From Candidatus Heimdallarchaeota archaeon (lineage in GTDB: Archaea > Asgardarchaeota > Heimdallarchaeia > JABLTI01), in assembly GCA_019058275.1 (NCBI GenBank), contig JAHLVW010000078.1, positions 1 through 45,490 on the forward strand: a DNA stretch of 45,490 nt. The letters are read 5' to 3'. Shown here piece after piece: positions 1-9,475 of the stretch. The notes under the pieces were generated by a model. The model saw only the letters and a program-made list of their open reading frames with translations, was not told the DNA's origin and did no database searches. The position numbers and the translations under genes were made by a program. The stretch's first letter is position 1. Every line of letters begins with the position of its first letter.

Positions 1-1642
1 CTACTGGACTTGCTGGTAGTGTTATGTCAATAATTGTCACACCTAAATTACTACTTCTTACTACAAAAGCATAGTTCTCCTTAAGATCTACTTTCAATAC
101 CTCTTCTCCATTATACACTTGACTTAGATAATTAGGTGTCATTGGATTACTAATGTCCACCACTACTAACCCACTCTCTTCACATGCAAGAAGTGCTAAA
201 TCATTGTAAACAACAAAATCATTCACTACATCACTACTACTAAGACTATAATTCCCAATTATAGTTGGTGCGAGATAATTGTCACTTATATTGGTGATTA
301 TTAACCCTTCTCCCTCAGCTGTAAAAAATAATAATTCAGTACTTTTGTTAAGGGACATTCCAGTTATTTTCTCTTCCGGAAAAACAATATTAACTTGTTC
401 TAATTGATATGGATTACTGCTATTAAAAACAATTATTCCACCACTTTGATTAGCAACATAGGTTACATCGTTTATACCCACAACATCAACAAATTCACCA
501 CTTTTGTGAGAATTGTACTTACTGCTAATTGTAGGTGTAATAATCTCACTAACATTGACAACAACCATTCCTTCTGTTTCAGCAGCAAGATATACTAAAT
601 TATTTTTTATTGCAGAACTCTCTACAGACAACAGATTTGTAAAATTAACAATCGAAACTGGATTTTCTGGATTAGCTATATTAATAATTTCTAACCCATT
701 CTCCTTTTTTGCCAAAAATGCAAGCGAATCATTCACTGTTGTTCTGTAAACTTTATCCGTGCTGCGATGACTGATTTGACTGATTACAGTTGGAGTAGTA
801 ATGTCCAAAATACTGACACCTGTACTTGTAGAAACAAAAGCATAATTTCCGGCAATTGTTAAATCCAAGAATAGCCCTGTCATTGGGAATCTTGCAATTT
901 CATGGACATAGTATGGGTTTGAAATATTAAGCAGAACTAATCCCTCATAGGTACTTAATAGATAAGCGATCTCTCCTTTTATTTCAAAAGATCTTAGTAA
1001 TGAGGTATTTGGTCTATAATCATTTACTAATATCGGATAGAACGCATTTCGGATATCGATAATTTCAAACGAGTAATCATAACTACCTAAACTGTACACA
1101 AAATTATCATTAATTTCAAGCTCTACTGGAGCGGATATTGGACTATCAATTGTTAATTTCGAGATTGTCTTTGGGATTATTGGATTTGATATATTTGCTA
1201 TTGTTGTATCTGCAATAAGATAATCGTCTTGAACATCTACCCCATATCTAACAGTAGTTCCTACTTCTTCTCTGAGAAAATCTACCCGTCCTAAAGGTTC
1301 TGACATCATTGGATTACTAATATTGATTATTTGTAACCCATCTGTACATTTCAGTAGTGCTAAGTCATTTTCAATTATGATATCTATTGCTTCTCCTCTT
1401 ATGTCATCATAAGCAGCAATTTGCATTATATTTGCTGGATAATTATCTTTCTCTTCCAACATCTTTTGTTCTAATGTGCTTTGTGATGGAAACGTAATCG
1501 CTCCACCCAGGATTTTCACTTCATTACTCAATCTATTTTCCTTTGCTTGTAGCTTTTGACCTTGTGGTGAATTGTTCGTCTGTATAAAAAAGCAACCACT
1601 AATAAGTAAAACTACCACTATTACTGAATATTTCTTACTCAC
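1..1642 (-). CDS. LVIVD-repeat (beta-propeller) secreted/surface protein, 3' end runs off the window
   Basis: Not in the ORF track. I translated both ends by hand: GTG at 1642 after a GAGGGA RBS gives a signal-peptide-like N-terminus (MSKKYSVIVVVLLISGCFF), then LVIVD-type units such as DGLQIINISNPM and NLGVTIIDITLPASPV in the same frame at position 2. The middle was not checked codon by codon. Confidence 0.8.
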   Translation of the reverse strand, partial: MSKKYSVIVVVLLISGCFFIQTNNSPQGQKLQAKENRLSNEVKILGGAITFPSQSTLEQKMLEEKDNYPANIMQIAAYDDIRGEAIDIIIENDLALLKCTDGLQIINISNPMMSEPLGRVDFLREEVGTTVRYGVDVQDDYLIADTTIANISNPIIPKTISKLTIDSPISAPVELEINDNFVYSLGSYDYSFEIIDIRNAFYPILVNDYRPNTSLLRSFEIKGEIAYLLSTYEGLVLLNISNPYYVHEIARFPMTGLFLDLTIAGNYAFVSTSTGVSILDITTPTVISQISHRSTDKVYRTTVNDSLAFLAKKENGLEIINIANPENPVSIVNFTNLLSVESSAIKNNLVYLAAETEGMVVVNVSEIITPTISSKYNSHKSGEFVDVVGINDVTYVANQSGGIIVFNSSNPYQLEQVNIVFPEEKITGMSLNKSTELLFFTAEGEGLIITNISDNYLAPTIIGNYSLSSSDVVNDFVVYNDLALLACEESGLVVVDISNPMTPNYLSQVYNGEEVLKVDLKENYAFVVRSSNLGVTIIDITLPASPV

Positions 1643-1772
1643 ATCTATCCCTCGTCTATTTCCATATTATTCCAAGTATATTTGTGATTGTTCCTTAAAA
1701 ACTTTTAATGATACAATCACTTTCCTACTATCTCTATAGGATGAGGTTCTATGTTTCTTTTTTTTGTTACGT

Positions 1773-2126
1773 TCAGATTTTTCCCCAAGTATAAGCAAAA
1801 GAAACAGCTCTTGTTATTCCAGAAGCTTCAGCAAATTTTGCAGATTTTACCATGTGTTTTCTTTGAGCTACTAATTTATTGATAAACTCATTGTAATCTG
1901 CTTTTGTTATATTTAGCCAAAGCTTACCATTCTCAGTTTTTAAGACCATGTCTTGGTCAAATGAAACTGTCAATGTTTTCTCCAAAAGAAATCGTTTTAG
2001 TACAACTATCTGCATCAATTGTTTTTCTGGTGTACTTTTTTTGTGCCTTTTAATTTCTTTTATTTTCCCTATCCTTTTTCCAGTTTTATCACACGCAATC
2101 TTCGAATTAATTATTTCCTTTTTCAT
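1773..2126 (-). CDS. Small basic hypothetical protein (possible PRC-barrel-like), paralog of 39291..39638
   Basis: ACDKTGKRIGKI resembles the start of a PRC barrel. The C-terminus MVKSAKFAEASG.T.AVS...TWGK is shared with the 39291 ORF. Confidence 0.7.
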   Translation of the reverse strand: MKKEIINSKIACDKTGKRIGKIKEIKRHKKSTPEKQLMQIVVLKRFLLEKTLTVSFDQDMVLKTENGKLWLNITKADYNEFINKLVAQRKHMVKSAKFAEASGITRAVSFAYTWGKI

Positions 2127-2323
2127 TCCTTATTCCCTTACATTATGTTTCTGTATTACTATAGGTCGTCTCTTTATTTAAATTAGACTTAATTCTTTTA
2201 GTTTCATTAACGACGTTGTACCTTTTTCTTCTGATTTAATATCTACTAAAATTGGCATGTGAATAAACTTAGACAAACAAGTTCATTTTAAATAGCAAAT
2301 TATTGGTGGTCGAACATACAAAG

Positions 2324-2387
2324 AAGCCTGGATAGAGAAACTTTGAGTTTTTCTTTTTTCATTAAAAAAGCTTCGTTCTGTTTTTTG
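2324..2387 (+). repeat. Degenerate copy of the tRNA-5'-half/pyrimidine-tract repeat seen at 28336 and 29886
   Basis: AAGCCTGGATAG (2324-2335) is identical to 28348-28359. It is followed by CTTTGAGTTTTT...CATT...TCGTTCTGT, colinear with CTTTTAGTTTTT...CATT...TCGTTCTGT at 28363-28395. Confidence 0.5.
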
Positions 2388-2576
2388 TGATACTTTTATA
2401 ACTCCTAAAAAACAGAATAGTGAGAAGAAGACTACCATTTCTATGATAAAGCTACTTACCCAAATCGAAAATGGAAATATAATAACAAATATTCTCAATA
2501 CCAATCATTGTAAATATATAAATTAAACATTTAAATTAACTAATGATATTATAAAGTTTAAGGGGTAGTATCAGAT

Positions 2577-3272
2577 TTGAGTGATAAGAAGTTACCAGAT
2601 AAAGAACACAATGAATCCTTAGCTGATTATGCATAAAGATTAGCTATAAATTACTCAGAGAAATATACCTCAAATTATAGAAAAGGAAAAGCACAGATTT
2701 TCACACCAACAGAGATTTCTTCCTTTATGGTGGATTTAGTAGAAAAAATCGATGAAGATGAAATAAGTATTCTGGATCCTAAAGCTGGAACAGGTGTATT
2801 GGTTGCATCAATTATCAATAAGATACTATTGTCAAATTCTATACCAAAGAAGATCATTCTTGATTGTTATGAAATTGATTCCAATTTGATACCCTATTTG
2901 ACAAAAGTAGTTGCTACTTGTAAACCGGAAGTCAATAAAAAAGGCATTGGGTTTGAGTTTAATATTAGCAAAAGTGATTTCATAATTGAAAATTTTAAAG
3001 TATTGAGTACGAATGAAACTTTATTTCCAGAAAATGGTTTGAAATTTTATGATATAATCATTTCAAATTCTCCCTATTATAAAATAAACAAATCCAAATA
3101 CCTTGCAATTTCAAAAAACTTGATTGATGATCATCCAAATATTTATACTCTATTTATGGCTGTCTCTTCGAAATTATTAAATAATAATGGTCAGTTAATA
3201 TTTATAACTCCAAGAAGTTTCTGTTCTGAAGTTTATTGCCGATTGTTTAGAGCAATTAGGAAATCATTCTGA
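2577..3272 (+). pseudogene. N6-adenine DNA methyltransferase (Eco57I/BsuBI-PstI-like, restriction-modification) pseudogene
   Basis: TTG at 2577 is in frame with the 2727 ORF but has a TAA at 2634-2636. Motifs: QIFTP (motif X), ILDPKAGTG (motif I), degenerate motif IV (IISNSPY instead of NPPY) and GQLIFITPRSFCS. The gene is truncated before the target-recognition domain. Confidence 0.8.
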
Positions 3273-3758
3273 AATGTCGCTCAATGAAAAAAGGGTTACT
3301 TACTTTTTCATTCAAACCTTCTATTATCAACAACCGCACATACCAACAATTCTAACAGAATTCTTTGAAAAGAATAAGAGCTTAATGGTTGATATCTGGC
3401 ATTCAATTAGGAAAGAATTTCAATAGACAAATTTGTTTAGAAAAGCTTTTTTTGAAGTAAAAGAATTATGAAATGTTCATGAGCTATTAAATGAAAAGAA
3501 GATTCATTATAAAGAGTGAAAAATAAGCAAACAAAAAGTGAAGTAGTATGGTCCTCATGTAGATAATTAGAGGGCTTAGATTTGAATAACGTAACAACAA
3601 TGGACTATTATAACCCATATTGTTGAAACCAGATTTCTTCTTTCTTTTCTTCTACTAAAAAACCTTTATCCCTTCCTTCGGTTAAAATAAAGAATCATGC
3701 ATTTAGTTAGTTACTAGTAAAAAATACTAAAGTGAATGGGATTTTTGTCTGTCCATTC

Positions 3759-4889
3759 CTACTTAATCTTTTTTTTGGATTTCTCTCTTATTGAAATAAC
3801 AATCATTATAACAAGAACGCTCATTGTAAACGGTATACCATACGCAAAAGCTAAAATTGTCTTATATTCTTCATTAAATAAGATATTTTCAATAATATAG
3901 TAATATTGCTTCAAATAACTTTCAGAATATTCTCTACTAAATATCACAAATATTGTGTTTTCTTCTGGTATGATGAATAATTGGTCATTAGAAAATCCCC
4001 CTGCTGAATAGCAACCTAGTTGATCATTTATTAACCAAGAGTAACCAAAATAGAGGGAGTCATTTACAGCTATCTGCTTATCCAATGATTCATCTATCCA
4101 TTCTTCTGTGATTAGTTTCTTCTTATTCCAAGTTCCGTTATTTAGATACAGGTATCCAATTTTAGCAACATCATCAATCCCCATCGTCATTCCTCTACTT
4201 CCTAAAATTAGTCCATCAATTGTTATTGACATCAATTCAACAAAAATTGATAGAGTAGCTAAAATCTTGCTATAATAATACCTATCAAATTCTTTTACAT
4301 ACTGTAAAATGTAAGCTAACAAAACATAGAGGGAACTATCATAAGTGAATTTGGCACCAGGTTTAGCAATAATGGATCCACCTAATAACATTTCAAGATA
4401 ACAACTTTTAGAATAATCTATACTCTCTGATGTATTAAATCCTGCACTCATTGTTAGAAGATGCTTTATTTTAACTTCTTCTATAAGAGGATCTAAACTT
4501 GATCTATTCACCTCCGGAAAAAAATCTAAAACTCTCTATGATAAATTAAACTCATTCTAAGTTAATGCTATGCCAATAACTGTTGCTGTAATAGTTGATA
4601 CAATATACCCAACTGTAAAACCATTACCACTCCAAACATCAATGTAAAAATCTCTCTCAGCAATAATATATCCATTTTTCAGTAAAAGTAAATGATCTAT
4701 ATCTAATTCTTCATCTTGGATATAATTATACATTTTAAGGATGTTTATTTGACTACTTCCTTGTTTCCAAGGTTTTGAAGTTTCCCATCCATAAAATGCC
4801 CAATCATTTAATGAAACCTCATCAGTATACTCTGAACCTATGCTAATTGATTTCGCACTATATGTCGTTTGTAGTACTATGATAATCAT
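3759..4889 (-). pseudogene. Beta-lactamase-family (class C-like) serine hydrolase pseudogene with C-terminal TM anchor
   Basis: The two ORFs are in the same frame, separated by TAG at 4557-4559 and 4536-4538 (IGIALT*NEFNLS*RVLDFFPE). Motifs HLLTMSAG, PGAKFTY, IGYLYLNNGTW and FGYSW are present; no intact SxxK motif. Confidence 0.8.
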
Positions 4890-5030
4890 TATTGACTTTA
4901 TTTTGAAATCTTTCCCCTTATTCTCATATAGCTCAATGATATTATGGTTTTGCGATATATATCCTTTTCTTTAAAATCTTTTTAAATTAAGAATGTATAA
5001 TATAATTGATAAGAAATTGGTGATTTAAAT

Positions 5031-5429
5031 TTGCAGAGAAAATGCTCAGCATGTGGAGCGAAGAATGATAAAGATGCTGAATTTTGTATTGTTTGTGGTC
5101 AAAAGATTAAGGTACTATTACTTGGAGCCTTTACCTCAAAACATGTTCATCCTTTTTCAATCGTTTCCTTATTTCTTGGTGGTCTTGGTGTAGGTATTCT
5201 TACTTGGTTATCCATGCCTATTACAAATCACATGAATGGCCTTACTAGTTATGGTGCACTTGGGATTTTTTGTAGTTTTCAACTTATTGCTATCATTGGG
5301 ATAATTTTCGGAGTAGTTGGAGTGAAAAAAGGAAAAGAACGAGTATCGATTATAGGTCTCATCTTAAATATCGTTCATTTGCTTCTTGAACTTGCACCTA
5401 TATTGAATCTTATTATCAATTTTCTATGA
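5031..5429 (+). CDS. Zinc-ribbon membrane protein
   Basis: CSACGAKNDKDAEFCIVCG double CxxC followed by three hydrophobic helices. Confidence 0.75.
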   Translation: MQRKCSACGAKNDKDAEFCIVCGQKIKVLLLGAFTSKHVHPFSIVSLFLGGLGVGILTWLSMPITNHMNGLTSYGALGIFCSFQLIAIIGIIFGVVGVKKGKERVSIIGLILNIVHLLLELAPILNLIINFL

Positions 5430-5493
5430 GTATCTAGCTTTCTAGTGATTAACTATATTTACAAGTACCTTACTTATTATTGATGAATAACTC

Positions 5494-6273
5494 ATGCCAA
5501 AAGATCCAACGAAGCGATTTACTGATAGGGTTGAGAATTATGTTAAATATCGACCTAGCTATCCAAAGAAATTAATTACTGTATTAAAGGATAAGAGGAT
5601 AATTTCTGATAATTCAATAATTGCTGATATAGGTTCTGGAACAGGGATTTTTACTAGGATTTTGTTAGATACAGGTTGTAAAGTATTTGCAGTTGAACCT
5701 AATGATAAGATGAGAAACAAAGCAGAAGCTAGTTTGTTACATTTTTCAAATTTCATTAGTATAAATGGTCAAGCTGAACAAACGACATTAGATAGCAATT
5801 CTATTGATGTTTTAACTGTTGCCCAAGCTTTTCATTGGTTTGATTTAGAAAAAACAAGAAAGGAATTTTTATGGATATTGAAACCGGAAGGATACTTGGT
5901 ACTTATATGGAATGAGCGATTAATTGATGAGGTACTATTTCAGAAGGAATATGATTCTTTGTTGCGACAGTACTGTCCTGAGTATGTGAAAGTAAGTTAT
6001 CACAAAGTTACTGATGAGCAAATAAATCGATTTTATGGTTCCTCTCAAATAGAGATCTTCACTTGTGAAAATTATCAGTATTTTGATTTTCAAGGTTTAC
6101 AAGGAAGAGTAGAATCTTCCTCCTATTCCCCACAGAAAGGTAGCTCTAATTATCAATTGTTAATAACTGCACTAAAAGATCTATACAATAAATTTCAAGT
6201 AAATAATCAAGTGAAATTTGAGTATAAAACTCAGATGTATTATGGCAGAATATTTAACGATGCCAAAAAATAG
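5494..6273 (+). CDS. Class I SAM-dependent methyltransferase
   Basis: Motifs YVKYRPSYP, IADIGSGTG, AVEPN and VAQAFHWFD. Confidence 0.92.
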   Translation: MPKDPTKRFTDRVENYVKYRPSYPKKLITVLKDKRIISDNSIIADIGSGTGIFTRILLDTGCKVFAVEPNDKMRNKAEASLLHFSNFISINGQAEQTTLDSNSIDVLTVAQAFHWFDLEKTRKEFLWILKPEGYLVLIWNERLIDEVLFQKEYDSLLRQYCPEYVKVSYHKVTDEQINRFYGSSQIEIFTCENYQYFDFQGLQGRVESSSYSPQKGSSNYQLLITALKDLYNKFQVNNQVKFEYKTQMYYGRIFNDAKK

Positions 6274-6352
6274 TTTCGTTTATCTCCCATGCTGAAATTT
6301 ATTTTATAATTTGTTACTTTTATCATATAAAATACCCAAAGCAGGCATTCTA

Positions 6353-7510
6353 ATGGTTATTTATCAACAAGAACATTCCACACCAATTGAGACAACTGAT
6401 ACCCGACAATTTATTTTTCATGTTGATTTAGACGCTTTTTTCGCTGCTGTTGAAATGCGAGAGGATCCATCCCTTGTTGGTAAACCAATAATGGTTGGTG
6501 GTGATAAAGACACTAAAAGAGGGATTGTAACTACTTGTAATTACGAAGCTCGAAAATATGGCATACATTCAGGTATGTCAGCAAAAGAAGCTATTGAACG
6601 TTGCCCTGAAATTATCTGTGTACGAAGAGGTCATTATGATCTTTATAGAGAAGTTTCTGATAATATTCTGAATATACTAAATTCTTATACAGATCATTTT
6701 CGGTCTGCATCAATTGATGAAGCGTATCTTAATCTTACTGATGAGGTAGAAAAAGAACATAATGGCTATCCAATTCCTTTAGCAGAAGAAATTAAAAATG
6801 AAATCTTTGAAGAAGAAAAAATCACTTGCTCAATAGGTATTGGTCCTAATACTACAATTGCTAAAATAGCAACTAGTCGAAATAAGCCAAATGGTATAAC
6901 CTATGTACCTAAAGCATCGATTAAACGATTTCTTTATCCATTACCTGTAAAAGCTATAAGTGGTATAGGTACAAAATCAGCTGAAAGTTTAAAGAGAATA
7001 CATGGAATAGAAAATATAGGTCAAATTATTGAAATTGGATCAGAACATGAAATGATCCGTAAATTTGGCCGGTTAGGGTCCTTTTTCTATCGTGTTGTTT
7101 CTGGAAAGGGAAGAACAACAATTCAACCAAGTAGTTCATTTGGAGTAAAGTCCATTAGTAAGGGTAGAACATTTCATGGACATATGTTTGATGGAGAACA
7201 AATACCTATTGAAATGGTACTGCCAAAATTAATAGATAGTGTCCATGAACGGTTAACAAAAAAATCTTTCAGATACAAAACAGTTACTTTAGATGTTCGT
7301 TTTCAAGATAATTTTCAAAATATTACTCGCAGTAGGTCTTTTCAAGCTGCTAATGATGATAAAGAACGAATACGAACAACAGTATATGAACTATTAGCTG
7401 AAATAAATAGTGATTTCAATAAAGCTAAAATTAGAAAAGCAGCAGTAAGAGTGTCGAATCTAGTAAAGTATGATTCAATGCAAAAAACCATCACAGATTA
7501 TTTCTCATAA
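6353..7510 (+). CDS. dinB: Y-family DNA polymerase IV (DinB/Dbh)
   Basis: Motifs FHVDLDAFFAAVE, TCNYEARKYGIHSGM, SIDEAYL, CSIGIGPN and KPNG. ATG 6353 is the likely start rather than TTG 6311. Confidence 0.96.
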   Translation: MVIYQQEHSTPIETTDTRQFIFHVDLDAFFAAVEMREDPSLVGKPIMVGGDKDTKRGIVTTCNYEARKYGIHSGMSAKEAIERCPEIICVRRGHYDLYREVSDNILNILNSYTDHFRSASIDEAYLNLTDEVEKEHNGYPIPLAEEIKNEIFEEEKITCSIGIGPNTTIAKIATSRNKPNGITYVPKASIKRFLYPLPVKAISGIGTKSAESLKRIHGIENIGQIIEIGSEHEMIRKFGRLGSFFYRVVSGKGRTTIQPSSSFGVKSISKGRTFHGHMFDGEQIPIEMVLPKLIDSVHERLTKKSFRYKTVTLDVRFQDNFQNITRSRSFQAANDDKERIRTTVYELLAEINSDFNKAKIRKAAVRVSNLVKYDSMQKTITDYFS

Positions 7511-8032
7511 CTATTTTTCTTTCTCAAGTTTCTTAATCCCATGACGAACTTTAATTGCAGTTCCTTTTTGAAACGCAAGCATATATTCTGCTGATAGTTT
7601 AGCTCTACCAACAGCTAACAATTTATCTTCTTCAGAAACAACAATAACCTCATCTTCTGGACGAATATCTGGATCGACTTTTACAACATGCTTGGCAAAA
7701 ACATTCCTTCCATCTGCTATAAACTCAGATACATCTGATTGAACCATAACACGTCTTTTTGGAGCTTTTGTATGCTTGATAATTCTCTTTGCCCCTGCTA
7801 AGCCAATAGAATATAATCCATCTTTTGCTCTAATCGTTGCTAAACGTTTTCCTTTGAATAATACCTCTCTAACTTTTTTAGTTGCTCTTGAGAAGGTTAC
7901 TAGTATTTCATCAGGTGCAAGAATATCTGCAAATTCATTACCAAATTGATATTGTGCTACAACCTTTAATTGACGTAGAGTCCATAAATCTGGTTTCATT
8001 GCATTTTTCTTCTCCATTAACAGGTTCTCCAA
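7511..8032 (-). CDS. PUA-domain protein (like the C-terminal part of archaeosine tRNA-guanine transglycosylase)
   Basis: YQFG motif, then GRNVFAKHV...DPDIRPEDEVIVV...LLAVGRA...AIKVRHG. Confidence 0.85.
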   Translation of the reverse strand: MENLLMEKKNAMKPDLWTLRQLKVVAQYQFGNEFADILAPDEILVTFSRATKKVREVLFKGKRLATIRAKDGLYSIGLAGAKRIIKHTKAPKRRVMVQSDVSEFIADGRNVFAKHVVKVDPDIRPEDEVIVVSEEDKLLAVGRAKLSAEYMLAFQKGTAIKVRHGIKKLEKEK

Positions 8033-8088
8033 TTACTTCATTATTTGTCTGTCATTTTAGTGTTTGTGTTCAGATTAAATCAGTATTA

Positions 8089-8940
8089 TTAAATTTGAAT
8101 GTCATAAACTATATGCTCTACTCCTGGGGAATATTTCTTAACTCTTCTTTTAGTAATTTGTTTCCTATCTTTACCTACCTTATCCAGAATTCTATTAATC
8201 TTAATTATTGGATTTTCCTTATCTGCTAATGGAACTGCTTCATGATAATGAATAACACCATTATCTTTACACAAACGAATAGCTAATTCTAGTTGTTCAT
8301 CGTCACTATTTAGATAACCAGAAAGAACACGATTTGCTTCTCCTTCAAATTCCTTCAGTATCACTCGATTATCTCCTAAGACAGCCTTCATTACAGATTC
8401 AACATTATTTAGGATGATATTTTCCGTCAAATATTTGTAAGCTAAAGGATTTATCTCTGCTGCTATTATTTTCTCAGGTGCTTTATGTACTGCTAAAGGT
8501 AATGATAAATTCCCTACACAGCTGTACATATCAATAATGAATTCATTTTCTTTAGAAATTTTCAGTAAATGTTCCCTCTCACCATGATTTCCTGGTGAAA
8601 AGGTTAGCTTTGCAGCATCAATTTTAAACTTACATCCTAACTCTTTATGGATTGTTTCCGTATTCACATCACCAGCAAGATACTCAAAGGATGGAGTTCT
8701 AACGATTCCTTTTGTTGGACCAACCTTTCCTAGAACTGTTCTAAGAGGTTTTTGCTCAAGAGTTAAAAGAGCTTCTCCAATATCCTCTTTAAATTTCATC
8801 AATTGTTGAGGAATGGTCAGAATAAGAATGTCCCCGATTTTCCACCAATGCTGTGGAACGAAGGAAAGCAAATCTTCTGGGATTTTACTTTGAAGTTTTT
8901 GAAGAAGTTCATTCCTTTTGCTTTCTTTACCTCTATGCAA
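8089..8940 (-). CDS. taw2: Trm5/Tyw2 (Met-10+) family tRNA modification enzyme, likely Taw2
   Basis: Motifs IGDI, TIHKELGCKFKID, FSPGN, DMYSCVGN, EINP, GD, HYHE and VKKYSPGVEHIVYD. Confidence 0.78.
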   Translation of the reverse strand: MHRGKESKRNELLQKLQSKIPEDLLSFVPQHWWKIGDILILTIPQQLMKFKEDIGEALLTLEQKPLRTVLGKVGPTKGIVRTPSFEYLAGDVNTETIHKELGCKFKIDAAKLTFSPGNHGEREHLLKISKENEFIIDMYSCVGNLSLPLAVHKAPEKIIAAEINPLAYKYLTENIILNNVESVMKAVLGDNRVILKEFEGEANRVLSGYLNSDDEQLELAIRLCKDNGVIHYHEAVPLADKENPIIKINRILDKVGKDRKQITKRRVKKYSPGVEHIVYDIQI

Positions 8941-9448
8941 CTTCCTTCCTCAACATATCTTCTAAATACTGTACCAAGTAGTCTATGCTCTCTTTTACAC
9001 TCTCTGCCATTTCTACGTCATAAGTTAAAGACTTCGGTTGGATGCCAATAAACAGTGCCTTTAGATCTTCTAAAAAGAATCGTAGATATTTCGTATACAT
9101 TGTCATTGTCACTTTATGAGGGGTTACCATATATGCTGTATTGATATCCTTCCCTGTAAAAACTCTTAATGTTCCTGGTTCCTCATCCATGTTAGCAGCA
9201 TCGATAATTATCAAGTAATCAGGTTCAAATCGCTTTATTATTCCAGTAAAAGATTCTGGTACAGGTCCAGCATTTATGATTTTAATGTTGTCAGGAAAAG
9301 TAACCTTCTCAAGTTGCTCAACAGTAGCTACTCCTGCGTAATCATCAGCACGATCAAAACTACCAATACCCATTATACAGATTTTCTTTGTTACATCAAT
9401 TTTCTTTAAATGCTTAGAACCTTTAATCCTCTTACTCATGATTTCCAC
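8933..9448 (-). CDS. hycI: Hydrogenase maturation protease, HycI type
   Basis: Motifs MGIGSFDRADDYAG, AGPVPESFTG, IIIDAA, TPH and FIGIQP. Confidence 0.85.
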   Translation of the reverse strand: MEIMSKRIKGSKHLKKIDVTKKICIMGIGSFDRADDYAGVATVEQLEKVTFPDNIKIINAGPVPESFTGIIKRFEPDYLIIIDAANMDEEPGTLRVFTGKDINTAYMVTPHKVTMTMYTKYLRFFLEDLKALFIGIQPKSLTYDVEMAESVKESIDYLVQYLEDMLRKEVA

Positions 9449-9475
9449 CTTTATTGAACTATAGCTTATAGCGTT

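Noticed and set aside
404-749. Short + strand ORFs (404..598, 513..749) and similar antisense ORFs such as 1948, 5559, 7882, 8803, 9902, 11225, 13538, 18037, 24535, 30292, 34591, 36485 and 38286
   Set aside because: They are shadows overlapping longer, motif-bearing genes on the opposite strand or in another frame.
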